Below are positions 1-7,856 of a stretch of 14,850 bases of DNA, in pieces. Positions within the stretch are counted from its first letter, which is position 1; every line of letters starts with the position of its first letter. The notes beneath the pieces were generated by a model, which saw only the letters and a program-made list of their open reading frames with translations, did no database searches and was not told the DNA's origin. The stretch is taken from assembly GCA_963830915.1 (NCBI GenBank), contig CAWHOE010000031.1, positions 1 to 14,850 of the forward strand, written 5' to 3'. This DNA comes from a candidate division FCPU426 bacterium. GTDB lineage: Bacteria; Oederibacteriota; Muellerivitia; Muellerivitales; Muellerivitaceae. The position numbers were made by a program, and so were the translations under genes.

Positions 1-163
1 CCAGGGTTTCCGGGACCGGGCCAAGCCTTTCGGCGACCGCGCTCGTGACTTTCTCAGCGAATGCTGGGTCATGCTTCATCAAACGGTCGAATTCAACCTG
101 GGCCTCATCCGTAAAGGACCCATCCAGGTATATCTTGATCAAATTTTCCGGGGGAAATTTCAT
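1..163 (-). CDS. Putative anti-sigma factor, N-terminal part (runs off the left window edge)
   Basis: Not in the ORF track. ATG at 163-161 overlaps the sigma factor stop (ATGA) and has a GGAGGAG SD upstream. Reads MKFPPENLIKIYLDGSFTDEAQVEFDRLMKHDPAFAEKVTSAVAERLGPVPETL..., which resembles the 'L..YLDG.L...E...FE..L..' anti-sigma domain pattern. Position directly after an ECF sigma gene fits. Confidence 0.7.
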   Translation of the reverse strand, partial: MKFPPENLIKIYLDGSFTDEAQVEFDRLMKHDPAFAEKVTSAVAERLGPVPETL

Positions 164-720
164 GGTTGTGTCTCCTCCCATCCCTTGGGCATCTTTTCTC
201 GGACCCTTTCAATGAGCTTTTGTCGGGCCCGAAAAAGTCCTGAAGTGACGCTCCCAATGGGCATCTTGAGCTTGTTGGAGATGGCCTCATAAGAGAGACC
301 TTTCAGTTCCCGCAGGGTGATCAATTCCTTTTCCCTGCCTTCCAGGTTCTGGATTTCATCCTTCAATAGCTTCACCGTTTCTTCCGGGTAAGCTTTCTGT
401 TGCTCTATAGACGGGTGTGCGGAGAAATAATCCGGGGATAATAGGATATTTTTTTTCTTCTTTTCCAGCAAATCCCGGCAAAGATTGACCGCAATATGGT
501 TCAGCCAGGTGCCCAGGGAACACTCGAAACGGAATTTACCGAGGTTTTTCAGGGCTTTTATGAAGGTCTCCTGGACCATGTCCTCGACCTCGCTGTCGCT
601 GCCCAGAAAATACCAGCAGGCGCGGATGAGGGACTTTTTATGGGAATGATAGAGTTCCTGGAAGGCTTCGGAATCGCCTTTCAGTATGCGATGGACAAGT
701 TCCCGCTCGTTCTGGCTCAA
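160..720 (-). CDS. ECF-family (sigma-70 group 4, RpoE/SigW-like) RNA polymerase sigma factor
   Basis: Region 2 motifs (GDSEAFQELY, EDMVQETFIKA, FRFECSLGTWLNHIAVNLCRD) and region 4 (LRELKGLSYEAISNKLKMPIGSVTSGLFRARQKL). Preferred start is TTG at 720 (MSQNERELV..., AGAGG 6 nt upstream). The ORF is open up to ATG 792. Confidence 0.93.
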   Translation of the reverse strand: MSQNERELVHRILKGDSEAFQELYHSHKKSLIRACWYFLGSDSEVEDMVQETFIKALKNLGKFRFECSLGTWLNHIAVNLCRDLLEKKKKNILLSPDYFSAHPSIEQQKAYPEETVKLLKDEIQNLEGREKELITLRELKGLSYEAISNKLKMPIGSVTSGLFRARQKLIERVREKMPKGWEETQP

Positions 721-774
721 GGGAATCCTCTGGATAGGGCGTTGGAAGGTCACTTTGCGCCGACTATCGAGGGA

Positions 775-780
775 ATTATA
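775..780 (-). promoter_or_regulatory. Candidate sigma-70 -10 box (TATAAT) for the ECF sigma/anti-sigma pair
   Basis: Perfect TATAAT on the minus strand about 55 nt upstream of the TTG start. No good -35 at 16-18 nt spacing. Confidence 0.3.
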
Positions 781-850
781 CCTAAACTCCATAGGTAACA
801 GTGTGTTGGTTTTTAGGGAAGTTCTAAGAGAGTGTGAAAACTAAGGTATC

Positions 851-2788
851 TCAACCGCCCTGGCCCAGGTTGTCCAGGACTTGCAGGGTTTGGTCGACCG
901 CCGACATCATTCGCGCGTTGGTGTCAAAACCCCTTTGCGCCAGGATCATGTTGGAGAGTTCCAGCGACAGATCAACATTCGACAACTCAAGGGATCCGCC
1001 CCTAACCGTACCTAGACCGTTTTGGCCCGCGACTCCAGTATTAAGTGGGCCGGAATTAGCGGACGTGGCGAAATAATTCGTCCCAACCTGTGCCAACCCA
1101 CCCGGATTCCCCGGTTGAGTAAGGGCCACTTGGGCCAAGGCTATTTGTTGATTATTGGTAAAAGAACCTGTCAAGGTCCCATCTGGTTGGAAACTCAAGG
1201 ATTGCAGGGTTCCATCCGGATAGCCATCCTGGGATACCGCCTGAACGTCCGAATTGGGCACATAAGTATTGACCCCATTGATCACTTGGAAGGATCCCTC
1301 GGCATCACTGAAAAGACCATCCCTTCTACCGACACCTAAAAAACCTGCCGTACCAAAATTCAATGATACAGGCATGACCTCCGCCCCTAATGTTGGGATC
1401 GGAGAAACAGGTGGATAAAGGTTGGAAAGTGGAAGATAAACCCTCGGGATGCTTTCAAAATTAGTGGCCAACCCGGCTGGCGTGGGAAATATTCCTCCCA
1501 CCCCTCCTGTGGAAGCAAGAGAACCGTCCGTATTGAACCAGAGAAAATCACCCCCATAAAGCGTGTCCTGGCTGGTTCGGTTATAGGAACCCTGTCCGGC
1601 AAAATCTCCTTCTTCGATACCCGTCCCCCCCAGCATATTGGCCGTCTTAATGGGTTGGCCTCCCGTGGTGTCGAAGGCGTACCAGACATAGCATGCCTGA
1701 TTGAGGGGAGATGGATTTATTGGTGGATTGGCCGTTCCTAAGTCGTTCACTTGGTAAAAAAGCACGCTAATAGTATGGGCGTTACCGGTAGAGTCATAAA
1801 CGGTCTCATTGCTCTGGCATGCCGGCGGCAGAGGGGGGCTTTGTTCCCAAGCATAGTTCCCTTGTCCGGCTATTGCCGCGCTCAGGGGAATGAATCCATT
1901 AAGCAACGGTTCTATCTGTGTATACCCCGGTTCCTGGGTTGAAAGACCATTGACCTGTTGAAGGGAGTAATCCGAGCCAGGCAAAGGGTTGACTGTCGTC
2001 TGCATTCTCCGGGTGTCGATGGCGTTGTTAAGGGGTGGATCGAAAAAATTGATGAGGGCCATGGAGAAAGCTACTGGCAAGGTCGGGCCTTGAATGGGAT
2101 AAAGATCCAGGACACCTCCTGGTTGGTTGGCCTGTTGCCACGAATCCAGGTTTCCCTGGAAGGTGACCTCGGTAGTGGCTTTGGGCAGGAGCGTCATCTG
2201 GGTATCCAGACGGATATCCTGGATCTGGGTCGGGTCGGTGTTATTGAGTTTGAGAGAATCGCTTGTCACCCAGAGACTTGGAGCGGGCGCGGCTATTTCA
2301 ATGCCGCCTTCAAAAACGGCCGGTGTCTGGGCGTTGATCTGTTCTTGGGTAATGCTGTTGACCGCGTTGAAACCCTGGACGTGGTCGCCGTTGGAATCAA
2401 CAAGATAACCCTGACCATCGATCGTCAGGTTTCCAGCCCGGGTGTAATAGGTTTGGTCCCCGTTCTTGACAGCCAAAAAACCTTGACCGTCGATGGCCAC
2501 ATCCAAGGAATTCCCGGTGTTTTGGATCACTCCTTGGTTGAATATCGTTTGGATGGTTTCAAGCCTGGTACCAGTACCGATCTCGACTGGGTCCGTTCCT
2601 CCCTGCCCGGTTAACGGATTGGCCCCATTACCACTCGACAGGGACTGTGAAAACTGCGTGGCGAACTCGGCACGGCTATATTTATAAGCTAATGTATTGA
2701 CGTTGGCGATATTGTTACCGATGACATCCATCCAACTGCTGTCGGATTGGAGTCCGGAAATAGCGTTGTACATGGCACGTAACGTCAT
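851..2788 (-). CDS. flgE: Flagellar hook protein FlgE (hook-basal body family), about 645 aa with large internal insertions
   Basis: N-terminus MTLRAMYNAISGL...MDVIGNNIANVNT.AYK; TGNSLDVAIDGQGF...YTRAGNL; KATTEVTFQGNLDS; D2 motif VYDSTGNAH; C-terminal QDGY..G, SANSG and LELSNVDLSLELSNMILAQRGFDTNAR. Start set at ATG 2788 because the family N-terminus begins there. Confidence 0.9.
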   Translation of the reverse strand: MTLRAMYNAISGLQSDSSWMDVIGNNIANVNTLAYKYSRAEFATQFSQSLSSGNGANPLTGQGGTDPVEIGTGTRLETIQTIFNQGVIQNTGNSLDVAIDGQGFLAVKNGDQTYYTRAGNLTIDGQGYLVDSNGDHVQGFNAVNSITQEQINAQTPAVFEGGIEIAAPAPSLWVTSDSLKLNNTDPTQIQDIRLDTQMTLLPKATTEVTFQGNLDSWQQANQPGGVLDLYPIQGPTLPVAFSMALINFFDPPLNNAIDTRRMQTTVNPLPGSDYSLQQVNGLSTQEPGYTQIEPLLNGFIPLSAAIAGQGNYAWEQSPPLPPACQSNETVYDSTGNAHTISVLFYQVNDLGTANPPINPSPLNQACYVWYAFDTTGGQPIKTANMLGGTGIEEGDFAGQGSYNRTSQDTLYGGDFLWFNTDGSLASTGGVGGIFPTPAGLATNFESIPRVYLPLSNLYPPVSPIPTLGAEVMPVSLNFGTAGFLGVGRRDGLFSDAEGSFQVINGVNTYVPNSDVQAVSQDGYPDGTLQSLSFQPDGTLTGSFTNNQQIALAQVALTQPGNPGGLAQVGTNYFATSANSGPLNTGVAGQNGLGTVRGGSLELSNVDLSLELSNMILAQRGFDTNARMMSAVDQTLQVLDNLGQGG

Positions 2789-2963
2789 GTGGTACCGTTC
2801 GAGCAAGGGTTGAGTGGTAGGAGTAGAAAAGGCGTAGTTGATTATTTTATCGTCTTTTCTATAAAAACCATAGGGTTCAAAACCCTTTCGGACCTTTTTC
2901 CCTATGTTGACCCCCACCGAATGGGTAGTTCCCTTCGGATTCCCCAAACGCGAATGTTTCACC

Positions 2964-2980
2964 TTTAGATCGCATCTAAA
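2964..2980. promoter_or_regulatory. Perfect 7-3-7 inverted repeat, candidate operator upstream of flgE
   Basis: TTTAGAT-CGC-ATCTAAA lies between the upstream terminator and flgE. Confidence 0.35.
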
Positions 2981-3008
2981 TTAGAATTCGATAGATGGAA
3001 GATGGCAT

Positions 3009-3045
3009 AAAAAAAACCGGTTCCCTTCTTGAAAGGAACCGGTTT
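3009..3045 (-). terminator. Rho-independent terminator after the SET-domain gene
   Basis: Minus strand AAACCGGTTCC-tttcaagaag-GGAACCGG followed by T8. Confidence 0.88.
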
Positions 3046-3071
3046 ATTGGTGATTGAGGATTTTCTAAGGT

Positions 3072-3593
3072 TTAGCTGATGGCAGCTCCCACCTGATTGC
3101 GATACTTGGGACCCACCCTTACAAAACCCGTGCAATTGGGCGAACCGCATTGGCATTTGAACTCATAACTCCAGTTCCCCACATCGTCTGTTTCCTTGTA
3201 ATTCCAGCTGATCTCCTCTCCCTTGGCGATATCACGCAATGCCACCAGGACGATGCCGTTGACGACCTTTGAGCTCGGGTCGCAGGAATGATTGACGAAA
3301 CACAATGGATCGCAGCCTTCCACATAATCGTGGAGCATGATGAATCCCGGGTAAATGTACATGGCGTGGTCGGCGCAAAGTTTTTCCTCGCCGATCTTTT
3401 TCTTCAGGTCTTCCAGCTCACCCTCAGGGATCACGATACCCCCGAAAACCCCGATCACATCCCCTTCTTTGATATCACTGACTGCGTAAACCCCTTGACC
3501 TTCCATACCGCTCTTACGAACTTCGACCGCGTCGCTAACCCAAGGCTTTATTCTCATTGGATTTTGTAAAACCATCCTTTTAACAGTGTGCAC
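3072..3593 (-). CDS. SET domain protein with post-SET zinc motif (putative protein-lysine methyltransferase)
   Basis: GQGVYAVSDIKEGDVI, FVNHSCDP (NHSC motif), ALRDIAKGEEISWNY, post-SET CQCGSPNCTG. Start uncertain (GTG 3593, ATG 3575 or ATG 3557). Confidence 0.92.
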   Translation of the reverse strand: MHTVKRMVLQNPMRIKPWVSDAVEVRKSGMEGQGVYAVSDIKEGDVIGVFGGIVIPEGELEDLKKKIGEEKLCADHAMYIYPGFIMLHDYVEGCDPLCFVNHSCDPSSKVVNGIVLVALRDIAKGEEISWNYKETDDVGNWSYEFKCQCGSPNCTGFVRVGPKYRNQVGAAIS

Positions 3594-3748
3594 CTCACTA
3601 CAGTCCCGAGGTACTGTTGGCGATTTTACAGCAAACCCCAGGACGGTTCATCGGTTCTTTGAAATTATTTAGGGGCTTTTTAAAGGGGTTTTGGCCTGTG
3701 GGCGGCCCAGCCACAATCGGCCTGATTGGGCATAGGCCCTTGGTTTAC

Positions 3749-4219
3749 TTAGAAATGACAAGAACCCAAACCCCGTTTCGCCAGGTATTGCTGGTGGTAT
3801 TCTTCCGCCCGCCAAAAGGTCTGGGCAGGAACGATTTGGGTGACGATGGGGTTCTTGTAATTGCCGGACTTCGATAACTTTTCCTTGGAGGCATTCGCGA
3901 TCTTTTCTTGTTCATCCGAATGGAAGAAAATGACCGAACGGTATTGGGTACCGCGATCGGGCCCTTGCCTATTCAAGGTTGTTGGATCGTGGAGTTCCCA
4001 GAAAGCGTCCAGAAGGGTTTCGTAGCTGATCACTTTGGGATCAAAATCGATTTCCACGACCTCAGCGTGACCGGTGCGGTCCGTGCAGACGTCCTGGTAG
4101 GTGGGCGCGTTCTTGGTCCCGCCCTCATATCCAACGGCGGCGGAAGTGACTCCCTTCAACTGTCGGAAAGTTTCCTCCACTCCCCAAAAACAACCGGCAC
4201 CGAATGTGGCTTTCTCCAT
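3749..4219 (-). CDS. msrA: Peptide-methionine (S)-S-oxide reductase MsrA
   Basis: GAGCFWGVE active site, [37 protein letters not shown] 4219 has a GGGGGAG SD. Confidence 0.97.
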   Translation of the reverse strand: MEKATFGAGCFWGVEETFRQLKGVTSAAVGYEGGTKNAPTYQDVCTDRTGHAEVVEIDFDPKVISYETLLDAFWELHDPTTLNRQGPDRGTQYRSVIFFHSDEQEKIANASKEKLSKSGNYKNPIVTQIVPAQTFWRAEEYHQQYLAKRGLGSCHF

Positions 4220-4266
4220 GGCGCTCTCCCCCTTTGATGAACTGGCCCCCATCAGGAAGCCCTGCT

Positions 4267-6765
4267 TTATCTTAGGACGAGGAGCTTGGAAATCCAACGG
4301 TCAGAGGGGGTGGTAATTACAACATAATAAACACCATCGGCCATCGAACCGCCATTGATATGGGCTGTATCCAGGGACAGGGTGAATATCCCTGCCTGGA
4401 CATAATGGGCTGTGTACTGATAGATCTTTCGGAAGGCCGTGGTGTAGATCTTGACCATCACATAGTCGTGGGGTTTATCGAACGAGACCGCAAGAGTTGT
4501 CGATCCGGTCCCCTTCACCGGATTGGGATAGAGAACGGGAGTGGTCGCGGTCGCTGGAGGCTGGGTAGGAGAAGAGGTGCAGGTGTTGGTCGGGGTCAGG
4601 GTCACTGAGAAAGTCACCGTCGGTGATGAAGTCAATGTGTTTGTGTTGGTAGGTGTTGTTGAAGCGGTCAATGTATTTGAATGGGACGCGGTGGTAGTTG
4701 GCGTGGTCGAATTAGTCGGGGTGAAGGTTGGTGTGATCGTGGCGGTAAGAGTTGGGCTAAGGGTCTCTGTTGGCGAGAAGGTCTGGGTTGGGGTGAAAGT
4801 GATGGTATAGGTTGGGCTGGGCGTGAAGGAATAAGTCAATGTCGGGGTATTGGTGGGTGTCAGGGTCAAGGTCAGGGTTGGACTGTTGGTGGGGGTAGAA
4901 GTTGTGCTATTCGTGAGGGTCAAGGTGGGTGTGTAAGTGCTTGTCGGGCTTAAGGTAGAGGTAAAGGTATCGGTCATTGTAGGCGTGAAGGATAGGGTTG
5001 GGGTGAGAGTAGGGGTATTGGATGACGTGGCTGTCATGGAATTGGTGGTTGTAAAAGTTAAAGTCGGGGTGAATGTTAAGGTTGGACTGAGTGTAACCGT
5101 GTTGGTGCCTGTATTGGTTGGAGTATCTGTATCCGTCCAAGTAAAGGTATTTGTAGGACTATTGGTTGGGGTTTGGGTGGGGCTATTGGTCAAAGTCGAG
5201 GAAAAGGTGTAGGTAAAGGTAGGGGAAAGAGTGGTCGTTGGAGAAAGAGTGAGTGTAGGTGTAAGGGTGATAGTCGGGCTAAAGGTTGAAGAATTGGTAG
5301 GTGTATTGGTAGCAGTATTAGTGGGCGTATTCGTCGTCAAGGAATCAGGACAGTAGCTTGCATAAATGGGCTCATAAAAGTTATTGCCATAAGAAACAGA
5401 AGCTCCCCAACCCGAAGCATAAGCATATAAACCCCAGCCTGTTGTAACAGCGTAGTCATAAGCCAATGTATTGGTAACCGGCGTACTTGGTTGTTGATAC
5501 ACCAAAGCATAACTCACTGGTGAATTAGGTACGTAATACATATAAGTCAACCAGTAATCTCCCGCCGGCAAGTCCGTTTGAGGCATTTGAAATACGTTCC
5601 AACCTGGGGATAATACAATAGGCGTGGCTTGGTAAGAAACCTGACTGCCCATTATTTGGGTTGTTCCTGAGGTTTGGGATGTGTAAATAGCTGCGATTGC
5701 CCCAACGCTGACATTACATGAGCTACTGGTCTCATATAAAGAAAGTGTCGAGATCGTTCCGCTTTGTATCAAATTGTATCGGCAAGCCCTCATCTCCCAT
5801 TGGAGGGCGGTTACGGGCGACCCAGTAGTATCGGTATTTCCGAACAATGTGGCGGAAGCCCCACAGGGCGGTGTCAAAGTGGCATTGGGTGTATTGGTAT
5901 AGGTAATGGTGAACGTATTGGTTATGGTCGGGCTCGGGGTTTGTGTGTTGGTATAAGTCGGCGTATTCGTATTGATGGTTCCCGTAACGGTAGCCGTAGG
6001 AGTAACCGTTGGGGTGAATGAGGATGTCGGAGTATTGGTCAGTGTCGGGGTCATGGATGGGGTCGGGGTATTCGTGGGGATGATGCAGAAGTTAGCGTAA
6101 ATGGGTACCTTGCCAGAACCATAGGCGATGCTGGCGGGCATAGTCGTCGGGAGACTGCCGAAGGTTTGGGCCGCCGTTGTATAAACCAGTTCGTTAGCTG
6201 TTCCGGAAGTATTGGTCAAGTAATAACCAGAAGCGTTGTACATATAAACCAACCAGTAAGTGCCGTTGTTTAATTGGGTTGGAGGTACAGCAATGACATT
6301 CCAACCCGAGGTTACTGATTGCGGTGCGGATTGAACTTGAAGGGTCCCAATGTTGCTGACTCCCCCGGAATAAATGCCAACGATCAAGGAAGTCCCATTG
6401 CTTGGCAAATAGCTATAAACGGAAAGAGTGTAGATCGACGCCGGATAACTCAAAGTATACATCGCGCCATATATTCCCGGACTTGTATTGGCGGTCCCAG
6501 TTGAGCCGGTAGTGGCGGTGCTTCCAAAAAAAGTCGCGGACGCCCCGCAAGGCGGGGTCAAGGTAAGATTGGGAGTGGCGGTAAGGGTCGGTGTGCCCGA
6601 ATCGGTTGGAGTATAGGTAATCGTCGGGGTATTGGTCGTTGTTTTGGTGGCGGTGTTCGTTGCCGAATTGGTGGGGGTATTAGTGGCGGCCCAGGAAAGA
6701 TCGGCGCTTAGGAAAATGAATAACGCCGCAAAGGTTAAGATGGTGTTTGCCCGAACCCTCCTCAT
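4267..6765 (-). CDS. Secreted Thr/Pro/Ser-rich repeat protein with two homologous beta-rich domains and a C-terminal T9SS-type-A-like (Ig-like) sorting domain
   Basis: Signal peptide [26 protein letters not shown]; long TxTPT/TNTPT mucin-like linkers; duplicated domain bounded by TPPCGASAT...PIYA(N/S)(F/Y)C; C-terminal LYPNP...VKIYT...DGVYYV...KLLVLR. ATG 6765 preferred over TTG 6786. Confidence 0.85.
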   Translation of the reverse strand: MRRVRANTILTFAALFIFLSADLSWAATNTPTNSATNTATKTTTNTPTITYTPTDSGTPTLTATPNLTLTPPCGASATFFGSTATTGSTGTANTSPGIYGAMYTLSYPASIYTLSVYSYLPSNGTSLIVGIYSGGVSNIGTLQVQSAPQSVTSGWNVIAVPPTQLNNGTYWLVYMYNASGYYLTNTSGTANELVYTTAAQTFGSLPTTMPASIAYGSGKVPIYANFCIIPTNTPTPSMTPTLTNTPTSSFTPTVTPTATVTGTINTNTPTYTNTQTPSPTITNTFTITYTNTPNATLTPPCGASATLFGNTDTTGSPVTALQWEMRACRYNLIQSGTISTLSLYETSSSCNVSVGAIAAIYTSQTSGTTQIMGSQVSYQATPIVLSPGWNVFQMPQTDLPAGDYWLTYMYYVPNSPVSYALVYQQPSTPVTNTLAYDYAVTTGWGLYAYASGWGASVSYGNNFYEPIYASYCPDSLTTNTPTNTATNTPTNSSTFSPTITLTPTLTLSPTTTLSPTFTYTFSSTLTNSPTQTPTNSPTNTFTWTDTDTPTNTGTNTVTLSPTLTFTPTLTFTTTNSMTATSSNTPTLTPTLSFTPTMTDTFTSTLSPTSTYTPTLTLTNSTTSTPTNSPTLTLTLTPTNTPTLTYSFTPSPTYTITFTPTQTFSPTETLSPTLTATITPTFTPTNSTTPTTTASHSNTLTASTTPTNTNTLTSSPTVTFSVTLTPTNTCTSSPTQPPATATTPVLYPNPVKGTGSTTLAVSFDKPHDYVMVKIYTTAFRKIYQYTAHYVQAGIFTLSLDTAHINGGSMADGVYYVVITTPSDRWISKLLVLR
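4545..5340 (-). repeat. Low-complexity coding repeat (Thr-Pro-Ser-Asn stalk, degenerate TxT(P)T units)
   Basis: About 260 codons of TNTPT/TLSPT/TFTPT units. Strong G/T skew on the + strand; the repeats are degenerate at DNA level. Confidence 0.8.
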
Positions 6766-6902
6766 GAATTGACCGTTTCCTTCCAAAAATTCCTCAAGAA
6801 TGCCAGAACGTACGACATCCTAACGACTTTTGGACGTGAAACTTAACGAAAAAGATTTCGAGGAGGATCAATTAGGGGATTTTCCCTTTGTTTGAACGTT
6901 TT

Positions 6903-7613
6903 TTACTCGTTGGCCCAGTAGATCACCAGGTCGCCCGTGAAGATGCCTGGACCCTCGTTCTTGGAACTATCAACCGTCAGGTCCAAGACCACTTTCTGGC
7001 GGATCATGTCGTTGCTCAATTGGAACTCGGCCGCCATGAGGGCCGTCTTGCGGATCTCAAAATCGATCTTGATCTTGGGCAACATGGGCTTGTTGGGATA
7101 AGGAAAAGCCGCCTGAAGTTCCCTCACTTCCTCGGCTTTGGGCGGCTTGGAAGCTTTGGACGCGTCAGTGGCCGCGGCGAATCGGTAGACCAGAACGGCA
7201 TTGGGATCCTTCAGGTTCTTCTGGATCTCTTTGAACCACCCAGGAAAACGCTCGGGCGGCAGGGGGGCGTAGATAAGGTCCAGGGGATGGACCTGCACTT
7301 TTCCGCCCTGGGAATCATCGTTGACCAGGATGCCCGTGACGAAGACCGGCTGGTCGGCCATGCCGGCCACCGCGTCCAGGAAGGACTGCTTGTACTGGCC
7401 CACAGTCTTGACCTTGAGTTCCAGCATCCCGTTGGGGTTGGCGACCTGTTTGAGATTGTTAAGGGGTTGTTTATTTTCGGGGACGAACCAGACGCTGAAA
7501 TCGCCATCCGCGGTCATCCGAGGGGCGCCCGATAGTTTTCCCTGAGCGTTCTTCAGTGACTTCCCCGTATCCACCAGCGGACTTTTCTTGCCGAACATGT
7601 CCATCAATCCCAT
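6903..7613 (-). CDS. Hypothetical protein (236 aa), possible N-terminal OB-fold-like domain
   Basis: AAGGAGG SD before the ATG and GC3-rich codon pattern. Motifs DGDFSVW...PVFVTGILVND...VQVHPL. Function not recognised. Confidence 0.8.
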   Translation of the reverse strand: MGLMDMFGKKSPLVDTGKSLKNAQGKLSGAPRMTADGDFSVWFVPENKQPLNNLKQVANPNGMLELKVKTVGQYKQSFLDAVAGMADQPVFVTGILVNDDSQGGKVQVHPLDLIYAPLPPERFPGWFKEIQKNLKDPNAVLVYRFAAATDASKASKPPKAEEVRELQAAFPYPNKPMLPKIKIDFEIRKTALMAAEFQLSNDMIRQKVVLDLTVDSSKNEGPGIFTGDLVIYWANE

Positions 7614-7643
7614 AGGTCCTCCTTTAAGAGCCTTTCTTTGGAC

Positions 7644-7672
7644 ATTTTATCCTTTTTCGCCAACCCGGTCAT
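7644..7672 (-). promoter_or_regulatory. Candidate sigma-70 promoter for the 236-aa gene
   Basis: Minus strand ATGACC-N17-TAAAAT, about 30 nt upstream of the ATG and downstream of a terminator. Confidence 0.45.
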
Positions 7673-7752
7673 GTGACAACCATTCCAAGGATATCCAACA
7701 GGCCATTTAGAGCCTTAAGCGGCCTTATTTGTTCATTTTGGACTCGTTCCCC

Positions 7753-7805
7753 AAAATAAAAAAGACGGATCGGTTACCAATGATCTGGTAGAACGACCCG
7801 CCTTT
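7753..7805 (-). terminator. Rho-independent terminator after the radical SAM gene
   Basis: Minus strand AAAGGCGGGTCG...CGATCCGTCTTT stem (G-U pairs, inner TACCA/TGGTA) running into TTTTTATTTT. Confidence 0.7.
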
Positions 7806-7856
7806 ACTATTAAAAGGTCTATCCCTCAACAAGCCAGGATAGTCCCGCCTTTGGAC

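Noticed and set aside
795..830. ECF autoregulatory promoter (GAACTT at approx. 819-824, minus strand)
   Set aside because: The -35-like GAACTT has no convincing ECF -10 element at 16-17 nt spacing.
2140..2210. Spirochete-type lysinoalanine crosslink site in FlgE
   Set aside because: The position equivalent to the catalytic Cys (CNLD in Treponema) reads GNLD here.
2789..2962. 58-aa N-terminal extension of FlgE in the ORF track
   Set aside because: The FlgE family N-terminus starts at MTLRAM (2788). The extension lies in sequence that looks regulatory.
3072..3593. SET protein as a dedicated FlgE methylase
   Set aside because: Only adjacency supports it. A strong terminator separates the genes and this FlgE has very few lysines.
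4545..5340. Repetitive DNA as a CRISPR array or tandem-repeat element
   Set aside because: No identical repeat-spacer units. The periodicity is explained by Thr/Pro codons, and the Val/Gly-rich + strand ORFs are its antisense shadows.
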